Shown: piece by piece, positions 55,801-63,060 of the stretch
How the letters are laid out: each line of letters starts with the position of its first letter
How positions within the stretch are numbered: position 1 is the stretch's first letter
Virus record (IMG/VR): IMGVR_UViG_3300010885_015247
Coordinates: 16,837-80,836 of that record
Reading direction: 5' to 3' (one strand)
Source: a virus
DNA: 64,000 nucleotides
Translations under genes and position numbers: made by a program
The notes under the pieces: model-generated
What the model was told of the DNA's origin: nothing
Databases searched by the model: none
Seen by the model: only the letters and a program-made list of their open reading frames with translations

Positions 55801-58287
55801 AATAACATCTTCAGCAATTTGACGAGCTTCTGCTTTATTCTTTGCAGGATAGTTTTCTTCGGCATCTATTCCACGATCAGGAGAGAGTCTAACTGCATCT
55901 GCTGACCAATTTCCGTCTTCGTCTTTTCCATATGAAACAATAGTATTGTTATCTATGTCGTATTCCATACGACCTGTTTCTTTATTCTTTTTAAACTTTA
56001 TTGGATCCTTTTCTTCTACAGGATCATATGCACCATTTAATACTGCTCCGTTGACCTCATCCATATTGTAGTCACGCAACTTGATTGCATCACGAAGGAC
56101 TTCACTCGGAATCTGAACAGTCTGTACTTCATTATTCTCGTCTTCAATACCAAAAGGTGCAGATCCGTTTTCGTCAAAAAGATTTTTAACAGCGCCGTTA
56201 TATGATTCAATTAAATCATCATCTGATAGTTCTGAGTTAGCGAGCTCTAGTGCTTGCTTACGCTCGTCTTCACTAAGAATTCTATCTTGAGGAGGTGTAG
56301 AGCCTTCTGGCCACTCGACAGGTCCATCCTTTGGAAGATACGGGGTGTAGTCACCGTTCTTTTGAAAATCTGCTTTTTCTTCTTCTGTAAGTCCATCAAG
56401 AAGTGCTGGAAGTTTAGATGGTTCTGCATCTTCAGTGATTTCTGGGAGCTCTGCAACAGGAGTTTTCTCTTCTGCAGGTGCTTCTGGCTCTGGAGCTTTT
56501 GTTACTTCATCAAATACTTCGCCAAGCTTCTTTGGCTTACCAATCTTTCCTTCTTTATCTGCTTCACGTTGTGCAGCAAGTGCATCTTCGTTTTCGTTTG
56601 TTCCAAGACGCTTATCGTAGGCTTGAGCAAGTGCAAGTTCTGCATCTCCGCCTTTTTCATCAATTGCTTTAAGGATTGCTTCTGCTGGAACTTCTTGTTC
56701 TCCACCAGTAGGTTCTCCATCTGAATCTGTTCCATCTGGGAATGTTAAACGGCCAAGACCAGTATCGAGTGCATCATCAAGACCTTCAACAAGTTCATCA
56801 CCTTGGAACATATTTGCAAGAGATGCAGGGTCGTCATACTCGGAGACTGATCGGTATGGCGCAGTTGGGTTTGTAATCTCGTATGTATCTTCTGGAACCT
56901 TGTATTTAAACTCTGGTGATGCTCCTGCAGGTGCTTCTGGCTCTGAAAGACGTGCAATCTCTTCTTTCTTAAATTTATCTTGCTGATCTACAAGTGGAGT
57001 TTCGTCCTCTGGAGTGTTGTCATCTTGTGTGATTCGTGCAAGAGGTGTACGACCCTCTTCTTCATCAAGGAATCTTTGATCTGCTTGAATTCTCTGCTGT
57101 GCATCGTTCCAATTCTGTGTATATGCAAAAGGAGTTCCGCCACGACGTGAAACTGCATAGATTGGTTTCTCTGGATCCCAGAACTGCTTACCTGAATCTG
57201 GATCTGTCTCGCCTTGCTTATCAACTGCAGCGTCATCTAAATCACGCTCTGCTCTAAGTTTGTTTGTTTCAGTAAGATCTGCAAGAGCACGCTTATTGTC
57301 GTCAAACTTAACTACATCATAAGCTTGGTCTGTGTACTTAGTTGTTCCCTGCTTGCTTCCTCTCTCATCTTTTTCAAATGAGCTAGGGCTTTCCATAAAT
57401 GTAAGATCTGCTTCATCAATAATTGGATCATCCATATCATCTGCTGATGAGCCAGCAGGTGTGAAGCCATCTTTCTTTGCTGCAGGACTTGGAAGAAAGT
57501 TACTTCCTCTTGCCTGACGGATTGGCATTGCAACGATGCGTCCATCTTCTAATTCAACATCTGCAAGTTGTGGACTAAAGATGTTCTGACCAACTGCACG
57601 ACCTGAAAGCGACTGTGTACTTCCATCACGACGTTTTACCTTGATACCAAGGCCACCAAACATCTCGACCCAGCGGCCGATACGATCACGAAGCTGGAGA
57701 GCAACACGAGCACGCTTTGCAGCAGCAGAGTTTCCTCCGCCATATGCTGCAGTCATCGCCTCTAATGGAACATGACCTTGTGGAAGGTTCTCAAGACGTG
57801 TAATTGCATAAAGTTTTTCTGGAGAGTTAGCTGGAGCAAGCATTGCAGATGCAATAAGTGCTTTAGCATCTTCATTTGTAATGCGTGGATCATCTGTAAC
57901 CCATTGAACGTGTGTGCGAATCATCGCTGAAGCCGTCATAGAGTGTGCACGGGTTGAACGTGGGTGTGTGAGAGGAAGAAGATCGGTATTAAATGCTGTT
58001 AAGCCAACTACCTTGTTGTGTTTTGCGAGTGCGATGTAGTTTGAGAGCTCTGTGAGCGCTTGATGCTTTCGAACCGAAAATGGCAAGCCTTCAGAAGAAT
58101 GTAAAGACCTAGAGATGACACGAAAAGCTGAGCGACGATTAACTCTACGGGTGTTAGTTGTAAATTCATTAGCTGCCTCAATCATTTGTAGTGCTTCACT
58201 TCGAATAATGCGTGCCTGTTGACGAGTACTGAAGGTAGTCTCGCTTTGAGAAAGAACGTGAAGCTGTCTCTTATCTTTCTTAGACAT
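46855..58287 (-). CDS. 3810-aa polyvalent protein: SH3/KOW-like repeats, DEDDh exonuclease, SF1 (UvrD-like) helicase, ArdC-N + MPTase, second zincin
   Basis: YFDFET/AHNAEFD/WHDARTD; ALAGTGKTS/FDEAQD/VGDGNQSIYGFRGA/TAHQSKGLQW/YVAITRA; PWRKPW...RWLTYKQA...VFNVEQ...HELAHSTGH...EELIAE; LLHEIAH. Confidence 0.9.
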   Translation of the reverse strand: MSKKDKRQLHVLSQSETTFSTRQQARIIRSEALQMIEAANEFTTNTRRVNRRSAFRVISRSLHSSEGLPFSVRKHQALTELSNYIALAKHNKVVGLTAFNTDLLPLTHPRSTRAHSMTASAMIRTHVQWVTDDPRITNEDAKALIASAMLAPANSPEKLYAITRLENLPQGHVPLEAMTAAYGGGNSAAAKRARVALQLRDRIGRWVEMFGGLGIKVKRRDGSTQSLSGRAVGQNIFSPQLADVELEDGRIVAMPIRQARGSNFLPSPAAKKDGFTPAGSSADDMDDPIIDEADLTFMESPSSFEKDERGSKQGTTKYTDQAYDVVKFDDNKRALADLTETNKLRAERDLDDAAVDKQGETDPDSGKQFWDPEKPIYAVSRRGGTPFAYTQNWNDAQQRIQADQRFLDEEEGRTPLARITQDDNTPEDETPLVDQQDKFKKEEIARLSEPEAPAGASPEFKYKVPEDTYEITNPTAPYRSVSEYDDPASLANMFQGDELVEGLDDALDTGLGRLTFPDGTDSDGEPTGGEQEVPAEAILKAIDEKGGDAELALAQAYDKRLGTNENEDALAAQREADKEGKIGKPKKLGEVFDEVTKAPEPEAPAEEKTPVAELPEITEDAEPSKLPALLDGLTEEEKADFQKNGDYTPYLPKDGPVEWPEGSTPPQDRILSEDERKQALELANSELSDDDLIESYNGAVKNLFDENGSAPFGIEDENNEVQTVQIPSEVLRDAIKLRDYNMDEVNGAVLNGAYDPVEEKDPIKFKKNKETGRMEYDIDNNTIVSYGKDEDGNWSADAVRLSPDRGIDAEENYPAKNKAEARQIAEDVINSYKETQDIIDPDDLPEQPETEEEEPVADTPTSEVPADGKGSKSGKDPIKEGWTADEWLTSVSKDERFHEMLTKNKDFTRLAAFFNDPTFNSPLLSDYQDKEMEGFESGDEVSAIDMGEYGFEPGPSGRVQYALDLLQDPTMSIRGGFKDWQTGERSNENVRNILKAADDQLGLAKEDLDETDVIENKAIDSVRATLAKEIAKLDKQIEKDNKKAEEDAIAPQVSYKLTGDRLDLRSGKKAPFRMQEVKDFLDDNGFDWNPDAKAETKSGMDEASAKKFLRELRDKFGIDLLPREGQPPIDLDSKDESVETRTAPKTPEGEEVAPETKDVAGPEVSKDKTDIADALPDTLPEGWSKDPESATLAKNEDGTILDLVDQPGAKYWFLIGDGLDQTVEFNSPQEAFDYYEKNLKGKPAPEFPEGTPADTTPTEDVKEPKVKIKEATFDPENPASQEYAKETLKQLVEDRKIANEAIKNAEANGLTPEEFDALVEMRDEMNEKIDQIVNEVPTDALTSDNDISRAKKEKDEEPEDQDTKEDPTSKKSKRELKKEAKRRKELILKMIFTEFGPGALELENPDRSTIKAFTDILDSLTTEELEEIGRRLNEELGWNFFRSKKGPSKPGDVTVESEGTPSDQTKPEADIVDAEVVPDSPEVKEDPTTTESEQTSSATNESDIEDAVVVTNPRIATAKTTDLKPGDVMTKDFFTVTNVEEGFEKKRNGEMVPASRVSGYYPGGVEQSSKLWADDVLFDVYRDVTPPAKGDLPELNQPKMGDYGKLTKVNGDWELKDPAEQKQFEQDMEKYQEQLSTQKALWNAPEVEPTVKEFTPENTLHVVNALGRDLKPNDIAFRRDENGELSEFFVIEEVLPGTVMVPRADGKPAEEKVQIRGYYPGHESQVKSWKTGTSVEVLRGEKAEKIPAKGDKPAIDSIEPGTLKGQAYKDKNAEIAALRKEAGKAYTPDLTASEIPAVLVEKPNSYNRGNRPAFFGKAAELANLKDGKAISDALKGKRVVYFDFETVGTGKFDNDNPDAPIQVAASVWEGGEKVGEINLFINPGEPLGDYYYKTDADGNKVLDPEKLLSFDGQTVDDAFLATQPSIEDQLRAFAEFAGQDAIFVAHNAEFDTNTFEKWAKKFGIDYNMDGVIDTLELAKSMTPKGNKLGQVAKRYGIEKTDEEWHDARTDSEVLPAILEGLLGDMKPDNREFDAATRLAEFEAKRSSYNEKLEAFKKQEAELAMAEAVKRGMSGEQVSVDEMLGKTKTTSTFGPEGSTDSAEEYAYESIFGGKINDTWIEDDENTFVVDEGAATVGDIKIGDFVPAEGGGYHEVVDLIADPEDPNGTIVVRKIVSSGELYSTRVTEKKSPGIGWSNGKVLKGTLRRRNELAGKTPAEVKALASKPVVVAPEPKTKDKTPTPKGKKSITPEETQSVVSDAIETITSGAKSDATVEEAVKGLPLDDTVKSVVLADRPDASINHLSADGVALKVGDRVRGTKHGRMGEVRALLTTYGPRGYKNYVKVKFDDAEKRENISAGSLQIINPDDGGGFFTDPTPPATGEPVNPNETPKSTEELTSLLTGDVTDNTPAVEVPEEPVVMDAEERSRVWKENEEKRMKYALDLNYRQVSPEALEALTAAVQDISQYDKGHQRSVTGFMPNLSTGAPLERKFTFVKPSKKDLERREDMEADDIIVMIGPNNTEAIIKSDGKILYFDNPAAPNWNFSVRSPDLYTAIEKQDEFTLPLGEKPNLQKMGMISLDQEFPEDATGSPDETPDPDFVSDSEDAEPKGIKPTKQQQAVIDAVVAGKDVIVQALAGTGKTSTLKMAAKAVAEKDPDKTILYIAFNKAVAAELNADPDKPSNMIARTNTQVAWHHSPTWMQKRSFDKTSIGLPTEVADHLEIGPVKVVEIKKDGTKVEANLSSREVVAVVRQAVTAFAQSADEKIMPQHFTDNFVDIPEVFIDYANRWWDDISSPKGRLSMNQSFPEKYVQLNGIDVTMSPDSESTSPDKVIPAADIIFFDEAQDINDVAGDWVRKQNVQKVFVGDGNQSIYGFRGAKDQLDTLEGAEKLQINESFRFGPNIAAPANRFLAVAGKPEKVIGAGKDQGKVVESLDEMPDPDAVLVRTNGGGFKAMLEYLEQGKIVGISQSTKTRLEEVIDTTSWLMGGKKGSKPAKYNAEIGMYDSWEELSTAVREGKARPVKAFYDLVTQNGMQSIREILDRVVVEREETAESKIALKNYKPLTLDKVEDGSTGKLDSSVTYTIEGDDVVLTGFFKYNNEKLKEAGFKARKDADGNWAKDRRITIEDDLKKVDKLNQLKKILEGVIEPVKADVVITTAHQSKGLQWNKVRIYDDFWGPKFNKETGEIDMPAPEELRLAYVAITRAQKEVYLGPLSWVNDYTSEEDEQAIAPSFTLQAMSKIETDPVPVTPEEFDNEVQETAKKIDPATQKIADAIIEALENGTAPWRKPWTGGGFLPTSIATGKMYEGTNVLVLWAAQERNGWSDNRWLTYKQAEKLGGNIKRGEKATSIIHWTPKFKDVKQPDGTTEKVFVYTPPKIINVFNVEQAEGINLPPLVKGEPVPVSQGEQTLLDTYKDRPEIFYKSQDSAYYSPVTDTIHLPLREQFGAEQDIFETIVHELAHSTGHTSRVNRKDLTDNYGTHKASRGEEELIAEISVALVAARLGVEIDFGNVASYAKSWLGALKNDPQMIIKAAKQAQKAVDHMLGKQEEPAKVDEEGNPVEPVGEGVGSEGKTGDQIAEDAGLKPETAPEANVGEEGTTGEELAATAKTPKNIDPNVTAEKIKYGSKMHTVWNDVTYDPERKSDWRIEGGSGVMFKRIMEDQEVISDEAEVGKYITDMLVKYGYGDRVFNLSMANSDKFFAENPEHNDVEAAVSRGTTESLPDSHPFKDKDLPVVLVRSRGTTKVALLHEIAHLMEANWKNPNGDGGHNSVWYATWVALLRSEGFTKQANILEMAIGKLDEGDTGVINP

Positions 58288-59257
58288 TGTCTTCTCCCTC
58301 TTTAGGCAGTAGATCTGAATCTAAGCTTTCATAACCTAGTGAAGCAAAGTTAGATGCTCTTTTAAAAGGATTTTCGTTGTTACGAACTCCACGAAGCCAA
58401 GATGCACGAACTGCATGCTCTGCTTCATAACCAAACCCAGAGAACTCGGCTAAAGAAAGAATAGCGTGCTCTGGAGAGTCGTAGTCTTCTTCATTTCTAA
58501 GTTCTACAGTAAGCTCTTGTTCGAAACGATAGTTCTCTGCAAGCTCTTGAAGCTCTTCTACTGTTTGAACTTCTCTTCCGAGTTTTTCGCCTTCGAGAAT
58601 TCCGACATCAACGACCCCATCTGGGATAACCGCGAAACGACACTTCCCCTCGTCCTCGACTTCGGTTTCGATGATTCTGCACGAGCCATTACCCATGTAT
58701 AGAACACATGAAGAGCACTTGACTCCGATTCCCTTGTATTCATTTTTTTCTGCGGGGGTGTATCCTGCCCAGATTCCTGTTGCATCTTCATTAAACTTTC
58801 CGTACTTATCGGCAATTTCAATAAGTGCTTCTGCTAGGTCCGCTTCTTCTGGGACTAACCCAGCTGAAGCAGTGATTGAGTTGCTTTTCTTTGTTGAACG
58901 AGGGTGCTTTGCTGGAAGTAAGTCATTGTCTGACTTGTATGCTGAGTTTGCTGGCTTCCCAGACTTCAACATCTTAAGAAAAGCATTAACACGAGCCATG
59001 GCCCAACCATTGCGAGTCATTCCTGGCCGATGTGATACCGAGTATGCACCAGCACCACGGCGATAAACTGCTTTAAGCATTCCTAGAGTTGCACGACGGC
59101 CTTCTCTTGCTTTTTCGTTGTGAGTTGTTACTTTTTCTTGCAGAGATTTCTCTACTGCTTTAGAAAAAACTACTTTACGAGATCCTGATGCAGATCCTTT
59201 AGAGTTTTTCTTAGAACCTTTAATTTGATCTTTCTTAGGAGCCTTAGCGTCAGACAT
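58280..59257 (-). CDS. Head-module protein: DUF5824-like domain plus 4-Cys domain
   Basis: Start re-called at MSDAKAP. LKAVYRRGAGAY..SHRP...WAMARVNAFL; KCSSCVLY...C...GKCRF. Confidence 0.65.
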   Translation of the reverse strand: MSDAKAPKKDQIKGSKKNSKGSASGSRKVVFSKAVEKSLQEKVTTHNEKAREGRRATLGMLKAVYRRGAGAYSVSHRPGMTRNGWAMARVNAFLKMLKSGKPANSAYKSDNDLLPAKHPRSTKKSNSITASAGLVPEEADLAEALIEIADKYGKFNEDATGIWAGYTPAEKNEYKGIGVKCSSCVLYMGNGSCRIIETEVEDEGKCRFAVIPDGVVDVGILEGEKLGREVQTVEELQELAENYRFEQELTVELRNEEDYDSPEHAILSLAEFSGFGYEAEHAVRASWLRGVRNNENPFKRASNFASLGYESLDSDLLPKEGEDNV

Positions 59258-61013
59258 TCTCTGTTCCCTCAGGTGCTGTCTCTGCATCTGGGGATTCGGC
59301 AACGTTTCCTGTTGCTTCTGCACCTGCAGATGCTTGCTGAAGTGCTTGCTCAACCTCTGGAGGTAGTGGGGCAACGGAAGCTGCTTGTTGTGCACTGCGA
59401 ATTGCATTCATAACATCTGGTGCAACTGCTCCGAGCATTGCTTCTGTAAGTTCTGGTGTAAGGGCTCCACGCTCTGAGAGCATGCGGATTGCCATCTCTG
59501 TTGGAGTTGGTGCATCTTGGTCTGAGAAGCCGTGAGCACGACGCCATGTGTCGTAAGAAATTGCGCCACGATCAAATCCTGAGTCAGCATCTGCTGCACG
59601 GTCATTGCGAGTTGCAATTGCTGATGGGTCATACCAAACTACAATGCGGTTTACATCTGTATCCGTAAATCCACTTGCAATAAGGTATGGACGAAGATAA
59701 ACAACAGTAAGTGCATCTGCAATAAGCAACATCATTGGTTCGATGTGTGACTTGTAAAGAGTTTCATCAATTTGAAGTGCATTTGAGTACTTAACATTTG
59801 CAAGACCAGTTACAACATCCTTTGGAACATCTAGTCCCTGAAGGATTCGCTCTAGTACGCGATCAGAACGCTCAGCTAACGCTGGGTCGAATGAACGCTC
59901 GAACTTAAATTGCTTAATCTTGTCGCCAAGTTCTGCAGGGCCACGAATGATAAGAGGAACAACTGCTGATGCGGACTCTTCGTCACGGATCGGAGTTGTC
60001 ATTGCATCCATTAACTGCTCTTCGAACTCATCTTCTGCCTCTTCAGCAGTAAAGCCAGCACCGATGCCGTCTTCAGAGTCGTATGGATAGTCTGGATCCG
60101 CTTGAGCAGCAACAGAAAGACCATCAGGTAAATAAAGGGCACCAGCATTAAGGCGAGAGCGAGCAGTTGCACGGAATGTCCTGTTCAATAGTAGGAGTTC
60201 AGCGCAGAGATCGAGAAGACCACGCAGTGATGAATCTGCTTCATCTGAGTAACGAGGATGTGAACGCCAGATGCGTCCTACGAATGCATTCTTTGAAAGC
60301 TTTGTAGATAAACCATTATTAGATTGCTGTCCAGCAGCACCTTGCTCACGACGACCAATAACATTGAATCCTCCTCGAGGATCAGTTGTTACTTCATCAA
60401 CAGAACGAATATCCCAAGACTCGGGTAAACCAGCTCCAGCTCTAGCTGGCATTTGAACGAGGTAGCATTCGCCAGTAACCGATAAGTTAAGTGCTGCATC
60501 TTTAAGTAAACCTGCCTGTCCTCCGTATGCGGAATTTAAACGATCAAGTGCACGCTCTGCTGCTTGAGCTAAACGATCATCAACTCTGTCTGAGTTGCGA
60601 ACAGATACTGGAGACTCTGCTGGATCATCAATAACTGCTGCATAAATTCTAATTCGTGAAACTACTGATGCAACTAAGTTGAATGCATATTTAACTTCAC
60701 CTATTGCGTCGTAATATTCCCAAGCTTCTGCTTGCCACGCACTCGACCCTGCTGAGCGACGAGCTCTAAACTGCTCGTATTCACCTTTGTCATTAATCTT
60801 TAACTGAGCGGCCGCTGCAGTAAGAGAACGAGGTGTCGAGTAGCTAACTGATTGAGCTTGATTTGTTGTAAAGATAGATGAGATAGATGTAGGAGTTGGA
60901 GGTGAGGCAATTATTTGAGTTGATCTAGAGAATGTTGATCTTGTTCTTTTAGTAGCAGCATTTTTAGGCGCAGGAGTCGGCTCGACTGATTCGTCGTTGG
61001 TAAAAATTCCCAT
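59250..61013 (-). CDS. Portal protein
   Basis: WQAEAWEYYDAIGEVKYA; NLSVTGECYL; RIWRSHPR...ADS; GLDVP; size and position at the head of the morphogenesis block. Confidence 0.8.
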   Translation of the reverse strand: MGIFTNDESVEPTPAPKNAATKRTRSTFSRSTQIIASPPTPTSISSIFTTNQAQSVSYSTPRSLTAAAAQLKINDKGEYEQFRARRSAGSSAWQAEAWEYYDAIGEVKYAFNLVASVVSRIRIYAAVIDDPAESPVSVRNSDRVDDRLAQAAERALDRLNSAYGGQAGLLKDAALNLSVTGECYLVQMPARAGAGLPESWDIRSVDEVTTDPRGGFNVIGRREQGAAGQQSNNGLSTKLSKNAFVGRIWRSHPRYSDEADSSLRGLLDLCAELLLLNRTFRATARSRLNAGALYLPDGLSVAAQADPDYPYDSEDGIGAGFTAEEAEDEFEEQLMDAMTTPIRDEESASAVVPLIIRGPAELGDKIKQFKFERSFDPALAERSDRVLERILQGLDVPKDVVTGLANVKYSNALQIDETLYKSHIEPMMLLIADALTVVYLRPYLIASGFTDTDVNRIVVWYDPSAIATRNDRAADADSGFDRGAISYDTWRRAHGFSDQDAPTPTEMAIRMLSERGALTPELTEAMLGAVAPDVMNAIRSAQQAASVAPLPPEVEQALQQASAGAEATGNVAESPDAETAPEGTENV

Positions 61014-61053
61014 TCTTACTCCTCGTCAATTCTGCTGCGGAACATGAGGGCTG

Positions 61054-61350
61054 TCACTTATCCTCATATGCGGTCAACAATCCTGCAATAGCAGACAACG
61101 CTGAAATGGTTGCAACTATGTAGGTTACTTCAGGGATAATGATAGCGGATACTAGAAAACCTGATCCTACCCAAACGGAGGTGCACCATTCGCAGGTCAG
61201 CAAATATCCGATAAAAGATTTCTCTGGCGGACACTTCTTCCAGATCCAATTACGAATCGGATTGAAAAGGGTATCTCTAGTAAAGAAGCGAGTTCCACGA
61301 TATGTGGCAAGAGCTAGGAGGATGAATTGCCAAGTTGAGATCTGACTCAT
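61054..61350 (-). CDS. DUF1360-like membrane protein
   Basis: ALATYR.TR...D.LF.PIR...LLTCEWCTSVW; start re-called at MSQIST. Confidence 0.75.
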   Translation of the reverse strand: MSQISTWQFILLALATYRGTRFFTRDTLFNPIRNWIWKKCPPEKSFIGYLLTCEWCTSVWVGSGFLVSAIIIPEVTYIVATISALSAIAGLLTAYEDK

Positions 61351-61715
61351 TCGACTGGATCCGATGTCGAGAATACTGAACTGTTCTGCCCATAAGGGTT
61401 CCAAGTGCGTAAGCGTGATCCACAACCGCAATTCTCATCCTTGGTAAAGGCGATGACCTTACCTGTGTCGGTTTTAATCGTGTTGGTCTTCCCATTTACT
61501 AAGCGAGATGTAAAACCCTCTCTAAAGACCAACTTAGGGCCTTCTGGAGAGTCTTGAGCAATAAGTATGTTGTTTCCTAGCAGCACTACTCGAACTCGGT
61601 CGATCTTACGAGTTCCTTCTGGGCTAGGACCACTTGTAGCAAGCTCGGAGAGAGATACAGAGTTGGGTGGGGCAATCCAAGCGACCGCTGGAAAGACATC
61701 TGCGAGAGAACGCAT
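61347..61715 (-). CDS. Hypothetical protein
   Basis: SD AGGAG; CGCGSRLR motif; coupled to neighbours. Confidence 0.6.
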   Translation of the reverse strand: MRSLADVFPAVAWIAPPNSVSLSELATSGPSPEGTRKIDRVRVVLLGNNILIAQDSPEGPKLVFREGFTSRLVNGKTNTIKTDTGKVIAFTKDENCGCGSRLRTWNPYGQNSSVFSTSDPVE

Positions 61716-61717
61716 AA

Positions 61718-62059
61718 CTAGTCTCCTATGTTTGTGTATTCGGTAGGTATGTAAAACTCATCCCAGCCGAGATAAGACTTAGCTAGAGGCAACGGAACTA
61801 GTATAGGGGTTTGTCTTGAAGTTGCGCCTATCAATGAATCGATATCTTCTGGACTCTTAACAACCTTAAACTTCTTCCAAGCATGGTGAGAGATTAGATG
61901 AGAGATTGGGAAAGCCATTGGATAAGCGGATCTAGGGCTAGTCATAGTCTCAAGACGGCGTGAGTGAGGACGTTTAGAGATTTTAGGGTTGCTCCAAATA
62001 ACTACTGCAAGATCTTCTTCGCTGTAAGTTCCAGATGCTGTTGCATATGTTCTACCCAT
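61718..62059 (-). CDS. Hypothetical protein
   Basis: Overlaps the upstream gene; in operon context. Confidence 0.55.
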   Translation of the reverse strand: MGRTYATASGTYSEEDLAVVIWSNPKISKRPHSRRLETMTSPRSAYPMAFPISHLISHHAWKKFKVVKSPEDIDSLIGATSRQTPILVPLPLAKSYLGWDEFYIPTEYTNIGD

Positions 62060-62552
62060 TACTCAACCGCCGTGCCATAGCTCGGTAGGTGACACCAGCG
62101 GCCTCTGCTATAGCTGCGGTAGGGACCCCACGGCCGCGAAGTTGCTGAGCAAGCTCAGTCAACTCTCTGTTGGCAACTGCCAGTGGGCTAGTGGGAGAAG
62201 TCTTGGCACGATAGCGCTTTGATAGGGCCGAAAGCTCTTGGAGTTTAATTCTCAACTCGGTAGGGACCCCAGGAGATACGGATCTTAGGCGAGGGGCATT
62301 CTTGGTAGGAACGGAAGTTGTAAGAGATTTTGGAGGAGGTAGAGGGACAGCTCTGAACTGTTTTGTATCTTCTGCTCTACGGACCCAGAAGTGAATCGTC
62401 GTCTTAGGACGCTTTGGGTTGAGGGAGTCTCCAATAATTGCAAGGGACCAACCAGCTTTCCACAGCGCTCTCAGGCGTGCTTCCATCTCAGCTCGAGTAA
62501 GGGAGGAGACATAGGTAACTTCATCTATAGGAAGTTTTGGCTGGTTAATCAT
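62052..62552 (-). CDS. Double helix-turn-helix DNA-binding protein
   Basis: ALWKAGWSLAIIG...TTIHFWV and RGVPTAAIAEAAGVTYRAMARRL. Confidence 0.7.
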   Translation of the reverse strand: MINQPKLPIDEVTYVSSLTRAEMEARLRALWKAGWSLAIIGDSLNPKRPKTTIHFWVRRAEDTKQFRAVPLPPPKSLTTSVPTKNAPRLRSVSPGVPTELRIKLQELSALSKRYRAKTSPTSPLAVANRELTELAQQLRGRGVPTAAIAEAAGVTYRAMARRLSNG

Positions 62553-62567
62553 GGATCTTATTCTACA
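62553..62567 (-). promoter_or_regulatory. -10 box TAGAAT 7 nt upstream of the ATG (probable leaderless transcript)
   Basis: Minus strand TGTAGAAT-AAGATCC-ATG with no SD. Confidence 0.5.
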
Positions 62568-62679
62568 GGCTTTTGAAAGAGTCGTTCAGAAAGCTAGAGG
62601 GGAAATCGTATTGTACGAAAGGGGAGAATATATGAACCTTTACATAAATTGCTTTTGACCTGCGAGAAGGGTACGGGTT

Positions 62680-63060
62680 GTTTTTGGCTTTTTCAAAATC
62701 GTTCCGGGCTTTTTTTTCTAGAGTTTTTACCCCCTTTTTTATTTATCTTTTTTATTGTTTTTTATTTCAAAATCACTCTAAAAAATCTTACATAAGGCTA
62801 TCTTTTTATTTTTTGTTAAGAAATCGATCAAATGAAAAACTTTTTATTTATTATTTTCTATCTAGGAATCTTCTTTCTTTTCTTTACTACTTCTTCTTAT
62901 CTAAAGTCCTTGAACTTAAATGACCAGTCTTGTTTAATCTAGATAGGTCACTTGATACAAGACTAGTCACCTACCTACCTGCCTAGTTACTGCCTAGTAA
63001 CTTAGGCTCATGTCTTGAAAGTGGTCAGAAATCTAGGTCTAAAAGTGTGACTGGTCATCT
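62680..63060. other. Non-coding T-rich tract and inverted-repeat cluster at the divergence of late and early transcription
   Basis: Runs of T at 62680-62900; TGACCAGTCTTGT (62921) / ACAAGACTAGTCA (62957); GTGACTGGTCAT (63047); AGTTACT-gcct-AGTAACT. Confidence 0.6.

Noticed and set aside
41107-62618. TCGTACAA upstream of both the capsid and HTH genes as a late promoter element
   Set aside because: Only two copies, with inconsistent spacing to the candidate -10 boxes.
62678-62923. 81-aa Phe/Leu-rich ORF
   Set aside because: Artefact of poly-T low complexity; no RBS.
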